NCBI GenBank assembly: GCA_965223325.1
Contig: CBDCWI010000001.1
Coordinates: 864,001-928,000 of the forward strand
Length of the DNA: 64,000 nucleotides
Direction of reading: 5' to 3'
Origin: Candidatus Multivoradales bacterium
GTDB taxonomy: Bacteria > Acidobacteriota > Thermoanaerobaculia > Multivoradales > Multivoraceae
The notes under the pieces were generated by a model. The model was given only the letters and a program-made list of their open reading frames with translations, did not search any database and had not been told where the DNA came from. Both the position numbers and the translations under genes were made by a program. Shown one piece after another: positions 48,878 through 59,701 of this stretch. The stretch's first letter is position 1; each line of letters opens with the position of its first letter.

Positions 48878-51800
48878 ACCTCTCAGAGATCTCGATACGC
48901 CGTCCGGTCCTGGCGACGGTCGTCAACCTTCTGATCGTGGTCGTCGGGCTGGCGGCGTGGCGTTACCTGCCGATTCGCGAGTACCCGGATATCGACGTGC
49001 CGGTGGTTTCGATCAGCACGACCTGGTTCGGTGCCTCGCCGCAGACCATCGAGAGTTCGGTTACCGAACCCATCGAACAGGGTCTCAACGGCATCGAAGG
49101 CATTCGTTCGATCTCCTCGGTCAGTGCCTTTTCCGTTAGCCAGGTCACGGTCGAGTTCGAATCTGGCCGCGATCTCGACGTCGCCGCCAACGACGTCTCC
49201 AACGCCGTCCAGCGGGTCCTCGGCGAGCTGCCCCAGGAGGCCGAGAAACCCACCGTGTCAAAGGCCGGCGGCGGCGGTTCCGAGGCCATCATGTGGAGCG
49301 GCCTCTACGGCGACGGCTGGTCGGCGGTCGACAGAACCGACATCGCCGACCGCATGATCAAAACACCCGTGCAGCTCATTCCCGGAGTCGCACGGGTGAT
49401 GCTCTCCGGCGAGCGCCGCTATGCGATGCGGGTGTGGCTCGATCCCGCGCGTATGGCAGCGCGCGGCGTCGAGCCCGGCGACGTGCGACGGGCGCTGCGC
49501 GAGAACAACCTGCAGGTGCCGGCCGGTTCGATCGAGGGAACCGGCCGCAAGTTCACCGTCAACGTCGACGCGCGCCTGGCTGATCCAGAACTCTACGAAC
49601 GCCTGGTCATTCGGCGCGAAGGCGAAAACATCGTGCGCATTGCCGACGTCGGCCGGGTCGAGATGGGATCGAGCAACTACGAGAACATAACCCGAGCTGG
49701 TGGCCGACCGAGCGTTGGGGTTGGCATCGTGCCGATGTCCACTGCCAATCAGCTCGACGTCAGTCGACGCATTCGCGAAGCCTTCGCTCTGATCATCCCC
49801 CGCCTACCCGAGGGGCTCGACCTGCGTATCGCTGTCGACCGCTCACTGTTCGTGCGCGAGTCGCTCAAGCAAGCCGCCACGACTCTCGTGTTCGTCTTCG
49901 CCCTGGTGATCGCAGTCAACCTGCTCTTCCTACGCTCGCCAATCTCTACCATCATCGCCAGCCTGGCGATTCCGATCTCGCTGGTCGGTGCCCTGGCAGC
50001 AATGGCCGTCTTCGGCTTTTCGATCAATGTCCTCACCGTGCTCGGGCTCATTCTCGCTATCGGCATGCTGGTCGACGACTCGATTGTCGTGCTCGAGAAC
50101 ATCTACCGTCGCCAGGAACTCGGCGAAGCGCCGGAGAGAGCAGCGCGCAACGGTGCCCGTGAAGTCGCCTTTCCCGTCATCGCCACCACCGCCGCCGTCG
50201 TGGCGGTGCTGGTTCCGCTGGCGGCGATCGCCGGCAACACCGGCCGCCTGTTTCGCGAGTTCGCAATCACCATGACGGCGGCGGTCTGTCTGTCGACCCT
50301 GGTGGCATTGACCGCAGTTCCGATGGCGTGCGCGCTCTTCCTGCGCGTTCCCCAGAAACACGGCCGGCTCTGGGAGCTGATCGAGAACACTCTCGAGTCG
50401 AGCCGCCGCGGGTACGAGCGCGGCCTGTCCTTTGCGCTGGGCCATCGTGCCCTGATGGGTGTCTTCCTGGTGGCGGTCCTCGGGGCAACGGCCTTTATGT
50501 TCCGTCAGGTCCCCACCACCCTGGCACCGCTCGAGGACCGCGGCCAGGTAATCACCATGGTTCGCGCACCGCAGGGTTCGACGGCCGCCTATACCGACCG
50601 TGCGCTGCGTCAGATCGAAGAGCACCTGCTTGCCACTCCCGAGGTCGACACCGTCTTCGCCGCCGTCGCGCTCGGCTTCGGCGGCCCCGCCGACACGGCA
50701 GGCGGCATCGTCTTCACCCGCCTGCACGACTGGAGCGAGCGCCGCCGCAGCCAGCAGGAGGTGGTTTCGGAGCTATTTCCCAAATTCATGGCGATCCCGG
50801 AAGCATTGGTCTTCCCGATCAACCCACCGTCACTCGGTGGCAGCGGTCGCAACTCCGACCTGCAGCTCATCATCAAAGGTTCCGACGCGTCGCTCGCCGA
50901 CCTCGAGCGGCTTGCCGGCACTCTGATGGGCCAGCTGCGACAGACAGCGGGCCTGGTCAACGTCGACACCGACGTGCGGCTCGACAACCCGCAGCTCGAC
51001 GTGACCATCGACCGCGAGAAGGCCGCCGACCTCGGCGTCTCGGTGGCTTCGGTCGCCGACTCTCTGCGTCTCTTGATCGCCGAGGGGCCAGCCGACGACT
51101 TCGTGCTGCGCAACAAGCAGTACGACGTGATCATGGCGGTTGCCCGTGGGTTTTCGAGCGTCCCCGAGCAGCTCGAGGAGATCCATGTGCGCACCGCAAC
51201 CGGCGACATGGTGCCGATCTCGGCCCTGGTGACCGTTCGACCGACGGTGGGCCCGGCGACCCTCAATCACTACGACCTGGAGCGTTCGATGAGCGTGACG
51301 GCGAACCTCGCGCCTGGCGCGTCGATGGGTGACGTCATGCCCCAGGTCCTCAGAGCCACCAATGAGATCTTGCCCGCCGGCTTCAGTGTCGCTCTCGGTG
51401 GAGTGTCACGCGAGTTCGTCGAATCGGGCCAGGCGATCTACGTCACCTTCGCCCTCGCCCTCTTGATCATCTTCCTGGTCCTCGCGGCGCAGTTCGAGAG
51501 TTTCCTCCACCCCTTCACCGTCATGCTCTCGGTCCCGCTTGCGTGCCTAGGAGCCCTGGTGACGCTCTTCGCGCTCGGGCACACTCTCAACGTCTTCAGC
51601 GGCATCGGCATCATTCTGCTGGTCGGTCTGGTGACCAAGAACTCGATCTTGCTGGTCGATTTCGCCAATCAGGAGCGTGCCCGGGGCGCCGACCTGCTGG
51701 CCGCCGTTCGCGCTGCCGGGCGAACGCGCTTCCGCCCCATTCTGATGACCAGCTTCACCTCGATCCTGGGTGCGATTCCGCTGGCAGTGGCGGTCGGTGC

Positions 51801-51981
51801 CGGTGCTGAGTCGCGGCGTGCGATTGGTGCGGCGGTGGTTGGCGGCCTGCTCTTCTCGAGCGTCTTTACCCTGTTGGTAGTGCCAGCGCTGCACGTGCTC
51901 GTCGTGAGCGCTGGCGAACGCCTGGGCTTGCGCACCGTGCCGCCTCTCATCGAGTTGGACGAGATTGTTCCCTCCACCTGA
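48874..51981 (+). CDS. RND efflux transporter permease (AcrB/AcrD/AcrF family)
   Basis: SIRRPV, LPIREYP, AIGMLVDDSIVVLENI, AAQFES, GLVTKNSILLVDFA, RFRPILMT. Confidence 0.95.
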   Translation: MNLSEISIRRPVLATVVNLLIVVVGLAAWRYLPIREYPDIDVPVVSISTTWFGASPQTIESSVTEPIEQGLNGIEGIRSISSVSAFSVSQVTVEFESGRDLDVAANDVSNAVQRVLGELPQEAEKPTVSKAGGGGSEAIMWSGLYGDGWSAVDRTDIADRMIKTPVQLIPGVARVMLSGERRYAMRVWLDPARMAARGVEPGDVRRALRENNLQVPAGSIEGTGRKFTVNVDARLADPELYERLVIRREGENIVRIADVGRVEMGSSNYENITRAGGRPSVGVGIVPMSTANQLDVSRRIREAFALIIPRLPEGLDLRIAVDRSLFVRESLKQAATTLVFVFALVIAVNLLFLRSPISTIIASLAIPISLVGALAAMAVFGFSINVLTVLGLILAIGMLVDDSIVVLENIYRRQELGEAPERAARNGAREVAFPVIATTAAVVAVLVPLAAIAGNTGRLFREFAITMTAAVCLSTLVALTAVPMACALFLRVPQKHGRLWELIENTLESSRRGYERGLSFALGHRALMGVFLVAVLGATAFMFRQVPTTLAPLEDRGQVITMVRAPQGSTAAYTDRALRQIEEHLLATPEVDTVFAAVALGFGGPADTAGGIVFTRLHDWSERRRSQQEVVSELFPKFMAIPEALVFPINPPSLGGSGRNSDLQLIIKGSDASLADLERLAGTLMGQLRQTAGLVNVDTDVRLDNPQLDVTIDREKAADLGVSVASVADSLRLLIAEGPADDFVLRNKQYDVIMAVARGFSSVPEQLEEIHVRTATGDMVPISALVTVRPTVGPATLNHYDLERSMSVTANLAPGASMGDVMPQVLRATNEILPAGFSVALGGVSREFVESGQAIYVTFALALLIIFLVLAAQFESFLHPFTVMLSVPLACLGALVTLFALGHTLNVFSGIGIILLVGLVTKNSILLVDFANQERARGADLLAAVRAAGRTRFRPILMTSFTSILGAIPLAVAVGAGAESRRAIGAAVVGGLLFSSVFTLLVVPALHVLVVSAGERLGLRTVPPLIELDEIVPST

Positions 51982-52027
51982 CCTACCTGACCCCAGGCGT
52001 CAGAGCCACGCCGCTGGAGCCTTTCTG

Positions 52028-52864
52028 ATGGTTCGATTCCTTACCCCGCCCTTCGCCAGACCGTTCGCCCCGAGCGCGCTGATCGCGCTCCTGCTCATCG
52101 GGGGGTGTACCGCCCCAGAACCGAACCCCGAGGAGGTGACCGAGAGCCCCAGCAACGCTGAAACAGAGTTCCCCGCGTCGGGTACACCGATTACGCTCAC
52201 CCCACTTCCACCGGCGCCCTCCTATCCCGAGGCCCACCTCACCCTGACCTCGCCTCCGTTGGGCAACGCGGTGCCCCCCGGGACGACCACCTTCGAGTTC
52301 GAGGTCGACAGCTTCGAGCTCGGCGTCCAGACCACCGATGCGGGCGAACGTGGAATCGCAGACTCGGGCGACGGCCAACACATTCACTTCATTCTCGACA
52401 ACGGCCCCTATAGCGCCCTCTACGATCCCCAACACCAGGCGAAGCTCGAGCCCGGGGCACATGTCGTTCTGGCCTTCCTCTCACGCTCGTACCACGAAAG
52501 CGTCAAGCAGGCCGGTGCCTTCGTTGCCCAGGAGTTCCTGGTAGGAGACGGCGCCCAACCCGCTTTTGATCGCATCGCTTCCCACTTGTTCTACAGCCGC
52601 CCCAAAGGCATCTACAAAGGCGCCGACGCTCGAAGCGTGATGCTCGACTTCTTTCTGCTCAACGCCGAGCTCGGCCCGGGCAAGAACACCGTCCTAGCCA
52701 CCATCAACGGCCAGAACTTCACCATCAGCGAGTGGCAGCCATACGCCATTCGTGGCCTCCCCCTGGGTGAGAACACAGTGACTCTCGAACTGCGAGGCCC
52801 GGACGGATCAGCGATCGCCTCGCCCTACAACCCGGTCAGTCGAACCTTTGAACTAGTCGAGTAG
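52028..52864 (+). CDS. Conserved hypothetical lipoprotein with His motif
   Basis: Lipobox IGG-C; GQHIHFILDN, FLSRSYHES, LFYSRPKG. Confidence 0.7.
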   Translation: MVRFLTPPFARPFAPSALIALLLIGGCTAPEPNPEEVTESPSNAETEFPASGTPITLTPLPPAPSYPEAHLTLTSPPLGNAVPPGTTTFEFEVDSFELGVQTTDAGERGIADSGDGQHIHFILDNGPYSALYDPQHQAKLEPGAHVVLAFLSRSYHESVKQAGAFVAQEFLVGDGAQPAFDRIASHLFYSRPKGIYKGADARSVMLDFFLLNAELGPGKNTVLATINGQNFTISEWQPYAIRGLPLGENTVTLELRGPDGSAIASPYNPVSRTFELVE

Positions 52865-52955
52865 ACAGAAGGGCCGCTGGCCGCTATCCCTCCCTCACGA
52901 TGGGAGCAGGACGGCCAGCCAGGACCCACTCTCACGCTCGAGGAGACGAGTAGGC

Positions 52956-54557
52956 ATGACGCAACACGGCGACGAGAACCTCTACTACCCCAGCGTTCAC
53001 GCCCGGCTGCGCCCCGATCACCCGGCGCAGATCATGGCCGCGACCGGCGAGGTTCTCACCTATCGTGAGCTCGACAAACGCTCGATGCAGATCGCGCAGC
53101 GCCTTCGCGGCGCCGGCCTCGGGCCCGGCGACGGAGTCGCCTTCTACCTCGAGAATCACCCTTGGTTCCTCGCGCTCGGTTGGGGCGCGCACCGCGCCGC
53201 CCTGCGCTTTACGGCGATCAACTACCACCTGAACGCCGACGAGGTCGAGTACATCGTGCGCGACTGCGGGGCCCGCGCCTTCATCACCAGCAGAGCCCAA
53301 AGCGAGGCCGCGCTCCAGCTCGCCGAGCGTTTCGACGATCTCGAACGACTTGCCCTGGTCGGTCCCGACGGCCCAAGCCTCGACGGGTACAAGGACCTGG
53401 AGCGAGAGGTCGCCGCTCTGCCCGCTCAGCCAGTCGAGGATGAAGGGGAAGGGGTCTCGATGCTCTATTCCTCCGGCACCACCGGCAGACCCAAGGGGGT
53501 CTACCGCGAACTCACCCGCGCCCCGCTCGGAACACCGCCGCCCAACCTCGACCTCACCCTCGAGCGCTACCAGGTCTCGGAAGACTCGATCTATCTCTCG
53601 CCGGCGCCGCTCTACCACGCCGCACCGCTGGCCTTCAACATGCTCTTTCAGCGAATGGGCGCCACCTGCGTGATCATGGAGCGCTTCGATGCTGCCACCG
53701 CACTGCGCCATCTCGACGAGTACCGGATCACCCACTCGCAGTGGGTACCGACGATGTTCGTTCGCATGCTGAAGCTGCCTGCCGACGAACGCGCCGGACG
53801 CGATCTGTCACAGCACCGATGTGCAATTCATGCCGCGGCACCCTGCCCGGTGCCAGTCAAGAAGCAGATGATCGAGTGGTGGGGACCGATTCTCAAGGAG
53901 TACTACGCCGGCACCGAAGGGAACGGCTCGACCTTCGTCGACAGTCATGAGTGGCTCGCCCATCCGGGTACCGTTGGGAAACCCCAGGGGGTCACCATCC
54001 ACATCACGGACGACGAAGGTCGGGAGCTTCCAGTGGGCGAGTCGGGGGCCATCTGGTTCGATGGCGGAGCTGAGTTCGAATACCACAACGATCCCGACAA
54101 GACGGCGGCGAGCCGTCACCCGAAGGGTTGGTCCACTCTTGGAGACATCGGCTATGTCGACGAGGAGGGCTACCTCTACCTCACCGATCGCAAGGCACAC
54201 ATGATCATTCGCGGCGGAGTGAACGTCTACCCGCAAGAAGCAGAGAACGTGCTCATCACCCATCCGGAGGTGTTCGACTGCGCGGTGATCGGCGTGCCGC
54301 ATGACGATCTCGGCGAAGAGGTCAAGGGCGTCGTGCAGTTGATGCCCGGAGTATCACCGCGCGATGGGCTCGAAGAGGAGTTGCTCGAGTACTGCCGCCA
54401 GAGTCTGGCGCGCTTCAAGTGCCCAGCCTCGATCGACTTCGAAGACGAATTGCCACGACATCCCACCGGCAAGCTCTATAAGCGCTTGCTCCGCGACCGC
54501 TATCGCGGTGCCACCGATCTGCGCATCGTTGAAACGCCCGGCCCGCAGTCCGTGTGA
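52956..54557 (+). CDS. Acyl-CoA synthetase (AMP-binding, long-chain fatty acid-CoA ligase-like)
   Basis: YSSGTTGRPKG, APLYH, HAAAPCP, EYYAGTE, GDIG, PRHPTGKLYK. Confidence 0.92.
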   Translation: MTQHGDENLYYPSVHARLRPDHPAQIMAATGEVLTYRELDKRSMQIAQRLRGAGLGPGDGVAFYLENHPWFLALGWGAHRAALRFTAINYHLNADEVEYIVRDCGARAFITSRAQSEAALQLAERFDDLERLALVGPDGPSLDGYKDLEREVAALPAQPVEDEGEGVSMLYSSGTTGRPKGVYRELTRAPLGTPPPNLDLTLERYQVSEDSIYLSPAPLYHAAPLAFNMLFQRMGATCVIMERFDAATALRHLDEYRITHSQWVPTMFVRMLKLPADERAGRDLSQHRCAIHAAAPCPVPVKKQMIEWWGPILKEYYAGTEGNGSTFVDSHEWLAHPGTVGKPQGVTIHITDDEGRELPVGESGAIWFDGGAEFEYHNDPDKTAASRHPKGWSTLGDIGYVDEEGYLYLTDRKAHMIIRGGVNVYPQEAENVLITHPEVFDCAVIGVPHDDLGEEVKGVVQLMPGVSPRDGLEEELLEYCRQSLARFKCPASIDFEDELPRHPTGKLYKRLLRDRYRGATDLRIVETPGPQSV

Positions 54558-54676
54558 ACTTCGTCCCTCCAGGGTAAGGCTTCGTCCCCGTTCTCGACGG
54601 CTCCTCCCGGGATCGTTGCCGCCGCCGCACGCCGACAGCTAGGCTCGGGAACATTCATCCAGCCGGTGGAGAACGC

Positions 54677-56575
54677 GTGAACAACGACCTCAGCGGGCTT
54701 GCCCGTACCCCAGGCATACCCTCACCGCGAGCCTTCGCCGCGTTGTCGCCTCAAGCGATCTCACACACCGTAGCGCCACCGAAGGCTCCTTCACCGAGGG
54801 AACCCTCACGGAAGAAGGCCTCACACACAGCCCTGGCGCTGGCCGGCTTCCTGCTGCTCTCGGGCGCCGCCATGGCCCAGGAGCCCACCGGGACGAACAG
54901 ATCGGCACCCGGGCCGGAGGATCTACCGCGCATCGAGGAAGACCTGGCGGTTCGTCTGATCAACGTCGACGTGGTGGTCACCGATCGCCAGGATCAACAC
55001 ATCCGTGGCCTGACACGTGATGACTTCGAGCTGCGCATCAACGGCGAGAAAGTCGACTTCACCCACTTCGCGGAGATCGATCGCCGGACGATCGAAGGAT
55101 CTCGAGCAAACAAAGCGGAAGTTGAAGATGCAGATGTCCCTTCGGCCCAGCCCTGGCTGGTGATCCTGGTCGATGGGCAAACTCTCCCACCGGCGCCGCG
55201 CCGCGCCTTGATCGACGCCATCGATCCCGAGCTCGAGCGACTCGTCGAACGCTCCCGAGGCGTCATGGTCGCTGGCCTCGCCAGGCGCCTCGAACTCGAT
55301 CAGCCCTTCACCAAAGACGTTTCTCTAGTGCGCCAGGCGCTCGAGCGTACCGCCAAGCGAGTCGTCACCCAGCCACGCCTCGACAGTGGCCTGGTGCGCA
55401 TCATCGACTACGCTCCATCACCGACGCAGCAGCAGTCTCCCGGCGCCCAACTGCAGAACCGTCGCTCGATCCTCGAGGCGCGGCGTGCGATCTACCGCAT
55501 CCGAGACCAGGCCAACGCCCACCGCCACGACATCATCAACGGCACCGAACAGGTGCGCCAGCTCATCGCGACACTCGGCGGCGTGCCGGGGCGCTCGACG
55601 GTGCTCTTCTTGAGCAATGGGATCGCCACCTCACCCGCTGAGCAGCTCTTCCACATGTGGTGGAACAAGTTCGAAGAGTGGGCTCCACAACTCGACGTGC
55701 GCCCTCCCGAAGTCGAAATACGGCAGTACGACACGGGCTTCGACATTCCCAACCTGGTCGAGCACGCGGCACGGAACCGGGTCACGTTCTATGCCCTCTC
55801 CGACTTGAGAGGTCGTGACCGCACCCAAGTCACCAGCGGTGCCATCAGTACTGCTCTGGCACAGGCAACCGACCTCCCGCAGGAGACCCTGGCGCTCCTG
55901 GCAAACAGCACCGGCGGCCTGGCACGGCAGCGAGCCACCCACGCCGACGACCTCGTCGGCGTACTCGACAGCGATCTCAACCACCACTACTCGCTGGCTT
56001 TCGACCCCGACGAAGCAGGAATGTCGCGCGGCAACGTCAAGGTCAAGGTCAAGCGGCGCGGTGTCCGGCTGCGCTACCTCGAGCGCTTCAAAGCCGAAGC
56101 TCCCGAGGACGCTCTCGAAGACCTCGCCCTGGCCTCGCTGGTGCTCGACGCGGCCGAGAATCCCCTGGGCGCTTCGATCGAGATCGGCGAAGCGAAGCGG
56201 GAAGACAAGGGCCGCTACCTGCTGCCGATTCTGGTCAAGGTCCCGATCGCCAATCTCACCCTGATGCCACTGTCGGACCGGCACGTGGCCGGCGTATCGT
56301 TGGTGGTCGCGGCGAGGAACGAACGCGGCGGAGCGTCGAAGCCGGTGCACGGGCGTATCCCGATCGTCATCCCCAACGACTCCCTCCTCGAAGCCATGTC
56401 CCAGTCGGCCGGCGGACGGCTCGATCTGATGGTCTCCGCCGGGCCTCAGAAGATCGCCATTGGCTTGCGCGATGACGTTGGACAAACCCAAGCCGGCATC
56501 AATCTGGCCATCGACGTCGGATCGATTACGGAGGGCGAGGCGGCGATCGATCGGGACTCGCGCCAGAGGGAGTGA
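54677..56575 (+). CDS. VWFA-related acidobacterial domain protein
   Basis: VRLINVDVVVTD...GLTRDDFEL, PGRSTVLFLSNG, LANSTGG, YSLAF; start uncertain. Confidence 0.8.
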   Translation: MNNDLSGLARTPGIPSPRAFAALSPQAISHTVAPPKAPSPREPSRKKASHTALALAGFLLLSGAAMAQEPTGTNRSAPGPEDLPRIEEDLAVRLINVDVVVTDRQDQHIRGLTRDDFELRINGEKVDFTHFAEIDRRTIEGSRANKAEVEDADVPSAQPWLVILVDGQTLPPAPRRALIDAIDPELERLVERSRGVMVAGLARRLELDQPFTKDVSLVRQALERTAKRVVTQPRLDSGLVRIIDYAPSPTQQQSPGAQLQNRRSILEARRAIYRIRDQANAHRHDIINGTEQVRQLIATLGGVPGRSTVLFLSNGIATSPAEQLFHMWWNKFEEWAPQLDVRPPEVEIRQYDTGFDIPNLVEHAARNRVTFYALSDLRGRDRTQVTSGAISTALAQATDLPQETLALLANSTGGLARQRATHADDLVGVLDSDLNHHYSLAFDPDEAGMSRGNVKVKVKRRGVRLRYLERFKAEAPEDALEDLALASLVLDAAENPLGASIEIGEAKREDKGRYLLPILVKVPIANLTLMPLSDRHVAGVSLVVAARNERGGASKPVHGRIPIVIPNDSLLEAMSQSAGGRLDLMVSAGPQKIAIGLRDDVGQTQAGINLAIDVGSITEGEAAIDRDSRQRE

Positions 56576-58290
56576 GACCCCGAAAGGGCCAGGACATACT
56601 GCGCTCAGTCGGCCGGCTTCTGGCTCTGTGTTTCGCCTTCTGGATGGGCGGTTCCCTCCTGGGAACGGCTAGCGCCGGTCAGACCGGCGAAGCGCCGCTC
56701 GCGTCGCGTCCGTTGGGCGGACTGCGGAGCCAGGCGGCGGCACTCCTGATCCAGGGCGGCAATGGTGGCGACATCAAGCTTGCCGCGAGGGCACATCTTG
56801 AGCCCGACGGGGACCTTCACCTTTGGTTGGCGTTCGTTCCCGTGCCCGGAGAACGGCTTTCTGCGGACACGCAGGCCGACGATCAAGTGACCGAGCAAAG
56901 CGTCGAGCTCTACGCCTACCTTCTGGGCTCGGGCGGCGCGGTCCTCGCTCACCTTGCCGAACAAGTCGCACTCGGACCTGAGCCCGAAAAGGCACTTGTT
57001 GTCGGTTGGCAGAGCCGCTTACCCGACGTCGGAACCGTCCCGCCGAAAGCTGTCCTCCGCCTGCTGCTGCTCGATCCCGAAACCGGGTTGTTCGGGCTCA
57101 GGAGCCTCGATCTCGATGAGGAGATCCGGCAGAACCTCGCGAGCGGCGAGTTCTCACCCGACCTTGAAATCCGCCTCCCCTCCGCTCCACACCTGCCCTG
57201 GCCCGGGATGCTTTTGGCCGAGCTCGAGGGGCCCTCGCGCGTCGGCGAGGGAACCGGCACGCCATCCTCTTCGGACGTTGTCGCCTCGAGGGCGGCCGCC
57301 CGTCGCAACGCCCGCCAGCGTCGGTTCGGGAGCCTGCGCCGCACCTATCGTGAGGCGCTTAGCGATGGTCTCCGAGGACTCGACCTCGATGCCGCGACGG
57401 GAGCGGCGCTCGCCTACGATCTCGCCGGTACCGACCAGACCTACGACCTGCGCGGGCGGGCACTTGCCACCGAAGAAGCCGGGTGGATCGCACGGTCCCC
57501 AGAGTCGGCCGTTCCGCTTCTCGCACTGCACGAGCGCCTGTGGCGCATCCATCGCAGTACAGGTCGCTTGGCACTGGCGGGCCGGCAGAGATCGCACGCC
57601 CTGGCCGTTCTCGAGGCGCTGCCTGCCGACACCGGCCCAGCGACGCGCACAGCGCTTGCCGACGTCTTGTCCTCCTTCGCACGGCGTACCGAGGCCGGCG
57701 GAATGTACGGCGAAGCCCGGCGTCTCCTTCGTCGGGCCCTCGAGCTCGCGCCCGAACACCAGGCCGCACGCAAGCTTCTCGCGCGCTCGCTCGAACGCAC
57801 CGGTCACTACGCCGCGGCTCTCGAGCAGGTCAACGCGCTCGCCCGATCCGACGCACACGACAAAGAAAACAGGCTTCGCCAGGCCCTCCTTCTCGCGCGA
57901 CTCGAGCACAGCCTCGAGGCGCGACGAGGTCTCGAACGGTTGGTTCGAGAGGCGGCGCCGGACTGGGTCTCCATCCTTGCCTACGAGGAACTCGCGCGCC
58001 TCGAGAGCCAAGAGCGACCACAACGCGCCCTCGAACTGCTCTACCAGGCGCACCAGAGGTTCCCGAACTCACAGACCACCCGAGCTCGCCTCGCCTGGGA
58101 ACTCGAGCGCGCCAACCGAACGAGCGACGCCCGAAGCGTGCTGGCAGTGGCCAGGGCTCCCGAGAGCCGGAGCCCGCGGGCACGCTACGCCCATCCGAGT
58201 GACGACGTGGCCCGATCGCTCGACAACGCAGTCGCTCGACACGTTCGGCTGCGTCTGCCGACCCTGCAACGGGTACTGGGCGATCGCTAG
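56572..58290 (+). CDS. Secreted tetratricopeptide-repeat protein
   Basis: Signal peptide; C-terminal helical repeats such as ARRLLRRALELAP; overlaps both neighbours. Confidence 0.7.
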   Translation: MRPRKGQDILRSVGRLLALCFAFWMGGSLLGTASAGQTGEAPLASRPLGGLRSQAAALLIQGGNGGDIKLAARAHLEPDGDLHLWLAFVPVPGERLSADTQADDQVTEQSVELYAYLLGSGGAVLAHLAEQVALGPEPEKALVVGWQSRLPDVGTVPPKAVLRLLLLDPETGLFGLRSLDLDEEIRQNLASGEFSPDLEIRLPSAPHLPWPGMLLAELEGPSRVGEGTGTPSSSDVVASRAAARRNARQRRFGSLRRTYREALSDGLRGLDLDAATGAALAYDLAGTDQTYDLRGRALATEEAGWIARSPESAVPLLALHERLWRIHRSTGRLALAGRQRSHALAVLEALPADTGPATRTALADVLSSFARRTEAGGMYGEARRLLRRALELAPEHQAARKLLARSLERTGHYAAALEQVNALARSDAHDKENRLRQALLLARLEHSLEARRGLERLVREAAPDWVSILAYEELARLESQERPQRALELLYQAHQRFPNSQTTRARLAWELERANRTSDARSVLAVARAPESRSPRARYAHPSDDVARSLDNAVARHVRLRLPTLQRVLGDR

Positions 58291-59558
58291 TGAAAACGCG
58301 GTCTAGAAAGGCACTGCTCGCTCTGGCCCTTCTAGTGCCAGTCCTCACTCCGTGCTCACTGCTCTGGGCGGATCCAGCGCCCACTCAGCCGGAGGCCGAG
58401 GACGATTCCGCGGCCGCGACGATCCTCCTCTACTCACCACAGCGGGACGTGCCGGCCATCGGAGAGGTGCCTGTCTATGCCGACGTGCTCACCGACCGGC
58501 AGCCAGTCGAGCTCGTCATCAAGGTCGATGGGGAGGAACGGGCGCGTCTGCAGGAGAAACCCTGGCGGGTGACGATCGATGTCGGCCAGGAAAACGTCGA
58601 GCACACCTTCGAGATCACCGCGTGGAGCGCCGGCGACGTCATCGGATCCGAGACCCGGCGTACGCCGGCGATCCGCGTCGACGAAGCTTTGTCGCTCGAG
58701 CTTCGACAGCTCTACGTCACAGTCACAGATCGCTCAGGCGAGCGGGTCACCGGCCTCAGCGCCGGTGACTTCGAGGTGCGCGACAACCAGATCAAGCAAA
58801 CGCTGGTCACCTTCGAGGGCGGCGACGCGCCGCTGTCGGCGGCCCTTCTGGTGGACGCCTCGATCAGCATGCGTGGGGACCCACTCGCGGCCGCAAACCA
58901 GGGTGCCCGGAAGTTTCTGAGCGGTCTCAGACCACTCGACGAAGCAACCGTCATCCACTTCTCCGATCGCGAACTCTCGCGCATCGAATGGGAAGTCCCC
59001 GGAGGAACCTCCGAGAGTGCACCAGAGAGCGCCCGCCTAGCCGAAGTCGAGCTGCACACCGGGGAGGCCGACGGAAGCGGAACTGCCCTCAATGACCGGC
59101 TCTTCGAAGCCCTCCGCCAACTCGAAGATCGTCAGGGGCGGAGGATCGTGATTCTGCTCTCCGATGGAATCGACACCCTGAGCGTTCTCGATGCGCCTGA
59201 GGTCGCACTCACCAGTCGCCGCACCGCCGCGGCCGTCTACTGGATCGATCTCCGACTGAGCGGCCGCAGCGGCGACAATGTGATCTCGACGTGGCGCAGC
59301 CGCGAGAGCCACCGGCGCGAACGTCAGGCTCTCTTGAACCTCGTCGAAGAAAGTGGTGGACGGGTCATCCCGGTACGCGATCCGAGCGAGCTCGAGGGCA
59401 CCTTCGCTCGGATTCTCGAGGAGCTGCGCGAACAGTACGTGCTCGGGTACTACCCCATCGAGGATCACGACGACGGCAGCTGGCACGACGTCGATGTGCG
59501 CGTTACGCGACCCGGGCTGAGCCCGAGGACCCGGGCTGGCTACCTCGATGTCCCGTAG
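58290..59558 (+). CDS. Ig-like plus VWA domain protein (acidobacterial VWFA type)
   Basis: LYVTVTD, MIDAS motif DASISM, GTALND, LLSDGID, ELREQYVLGYYP. Confidence 0.85.
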   Translation: MKTRSRKALLALALLVPVLTPCSLLWADPAPTQPEAEDDSAAATILLYSPQRDVPAIGEVPVYADVLTDRQPVELVIKVDGEERARLQEKPWRVTIDVGQENVEHTFEITAWSAGDVIGSETRRTPAIRVDEALSLELRQLYVTVTDRSGERVTGLSAGDFEVRDNQIKQTLVTFEGGDAPLSAALLVDASISMRGDPLAAANQGARKFLSGLRPLDEATVIHFSDRELSRIEWEVPGGTSESAPESARLAEVELHTGEADGSGTALNDRLFEALRQLEDRQGRRIVILLSDGIDTLSVLDAPEVALTSRRTAAAVYWIDLRLSGRSGDNVISTWRSRESHRRERQALLNLVEESGGRVIPVRDPSELEGTFARILEELREQYVLGYYPIEDHDDGSWHDVDVRVTRPGLSPRTRAGYLDVP

Positions 59559-59607
59559 CTTCTACCGCCTGACCTGAACCCCTTAGAGGGGCAGCGCGCA
59601 AAGAAAA

Positions 59608-59634
59608 TGTGACCCAGGGGCGTCCAGCGGTACT
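59608..59634 (+). promoter_or_regulatory. Putative autoregulated ECF promoter TGTGACC...GGTACT
   Basis: Bipartite motif after an A-rich tract, about 70 bp upstream of the ECF sigma gene. Confidence 0.35.
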
Positions 59635-59701
59635 TTGAGGTCAGGAGCCCCCTGAGTGGACGGTCGCAAGTCGCGACCGCGTCGCGGGGCCCCTCACCTC
59701 C

